A stretch of 60,632 bases of DNA, counting the filler, from Bipalium vagum (lineage: Eukaryota), in NCBI GenBank assembly GCA_037834085.1. It is 3 parts of 3 records of this genome, joined end to end, with 100 filler letters (N's around TTAATTAATTAA, not from the genome) between each part and the next. Parts side by side here need not be neighbours in the genome. Positions count along the whole stretch, not along the records: positions 40,840 to 60,632 come from JBBMKC010267674.1; 2 more parts are not named here. One strand, written 5' to 3'. Shown in pieces: positions 59,011 to 60,632 of the stretch (its first letter is position 1; each line of letters opens with the position of its first letter). The notes beneath the pieces are model-generated. The model did not search any database, was not told the origin of the DNA, and saw nothing but the letters and a program-made list of their open reading frames with translations. The position numbers were made by a program, and so were the translations under genes.

Positions 59011-60632
59011 ACCTCCGTTCGATAATTTAAATATCAATATATCATCGGAAAGAGAATAAAATTCTTATTAAGAAACTAAAAATAATTTTCGAATTAACTC
59101 AATAAATAAAAAGTTATTAACAAATAAAAATAAAAAAAACTTGAAAAATTTTCAAAGTTAAGCGATAACCATAGTAACCTAAAAAATAATATAGTAAATC
59201 CAAAAAATTTTTAAAAAATTTTAAACCGTAAATCAATCCCTACTCCTAATTCTAATAATATTTAAAAGACTTTGTTAGCTATAACCATAACCATAATTCT
59301 AATTCAAATTAAATTTATCCCTAACCCTAATCTGATTGGGTATTGATTATTAATCTTAATTTTGATTGGCCGATTGTCCCGAGCCAAACCAAAAAACGGG
59401 AAAGATACTATACCATAGCCAAATTAAATTCAAGCGACAAAGCCCTATACCAAGCGATCTCAAACTTTTTCTGCAGATTATTCATGAAATTAGCAATTCG
59501 AGCGCAATCAGATTGTATGTTATATGTTGTCTTCTTCATGCCACAGTTTCTTAGACTCCATTGCACTATAAAACAGTTCATACTGATTTTTTTTTCACAT
59601 TTTTCATGAAGCATTGAACAGCAATCATAATCTTGGTACTTTATAGGTGCTTTATATTCATCATTTTTTCCGTGATTCAGGTGGGTTTCAGTTATCCATT
59701 ATCTTTTTCACCATGTATCTGAATTAAAAAAAGGGCTAAACTTTTACATGAAGCATAGTTTATGTAAATACCTTTAGATATATGTTTGAAAACAATTCCT
59801 TTTTATTGTCAAATGTAATCTTTAACACCATGTACTTAGGAGTTTGTATCCAATCTTGAAAATGCATCCAAAGAAATAATAATATTTTTCATTTTCTTCC
59901 TAAATATAATGTGATTCAACTTTTTGGAGTCACACTGACAATAAAACAAGTTTAAGACTTGTACTATTCTATACGTATGAAAATAATTTTCAATTTAAAA
60001 TGAAAAAATTTGAAATAACGAAGAATATTTTTTAATAAAGTTACAATGAATTAAAAATTATTATTAATGAAATTAGAATGAATCAGATTAATTAGAAAAT
60101 AATTCGAAATTTGTGATCTTTGATAATCTATACTACTAAAATTGCATATTTTTAAAGTTAAGGTTGGGTGTTCGTGTCATAAATAAATTTTTAATTATAT
60201 TTTTATGGCATTACCTAAAATATAAGTAGTATATAAATCGCAAAAAATTAATAAGTTACTAAAATTTATTTTAAAATTAGAACTAGTAAACTTGTATAAT
60301 AAAGATTATAGAAAAACTATCGTAAACTACAACATAATTACTGTAAACCATTGTAAAAAATGAATATTAAAATAATGCATTAGAATTGAATAAATATGAA
60401 ATTACCTAAACAACAGAATCACTAATTATTTTGGACAACAAATCCTAATAAGGTAAAATATTTATTTCAAGAATTTATAACTTCAAAAAATAATTAGCTG
60501 ATAATTGGTCATGATAATAATCGTAATAAGAATAAGAATTGAAATAACATACATAACTCCAATAATTATCCGTACGATGATATGTAAATATTTTCAAGAT
60601 AATTTTTGTATGGAAAATCAACACTTATGAAA

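Noticed and set aside
59150-59340. CCCTAACCCTAA and TAACC-like repeats as an interstitial telomere
   Set aside because: Only two perfect units; more likely the degenerate end of a repeat.
58339-59614. Several overlapping plus-strand ORFs of 60-134 aa
   Set aside because: Mostly antisense to decayed transposase or unassignable; no recognisable domain.

Overview
Very AT-rich animal genomic DNA, most likely a planarian or other flatworm; this is inferred from a platyhelminth-type PROF1-like GPCR remnant and short AT-rich introns. Two 100-nt scaffold gaps are present. Host genes: (i) a complete 6-exon, 340-aa G-protein beta subunit on the minus strand (6982-17303), two of whose five coding introns need GC donors; (ii) an intronless divergent homeobox ORF (38758-39600, minus); (iii) three internal exons of a tincar-like multipass membrane protein (51834-58365, plus). 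Pseudogene fragments resemble Sec24 and a PROF1-type GPCR. The rest is mostly decayed mobile DNA: many mariner (DD34D), Tc1 (DD34E), DD41D, DD37D-like and pogo/Tigger remnants, Gypsy gag and integrase fragments, and a decayed Maverick/Polinton (adintovirus-like) element. That element has penton, packaging ATPase and probable major capsid genes, plus a pPolB fragment across a gap. Two structures are not explained by any of these features. One is a GC-enriched island at about 5.6-6.4 kb carrying an array of stem-loops with a shared 8-nt loop (GGCTCAWT) on different but complementary stems. The other is two diverged copies of a CCAAT box plus TATA box enclosed in a hairpin. All family assignments come from motif recognition by eye; no searches were run.
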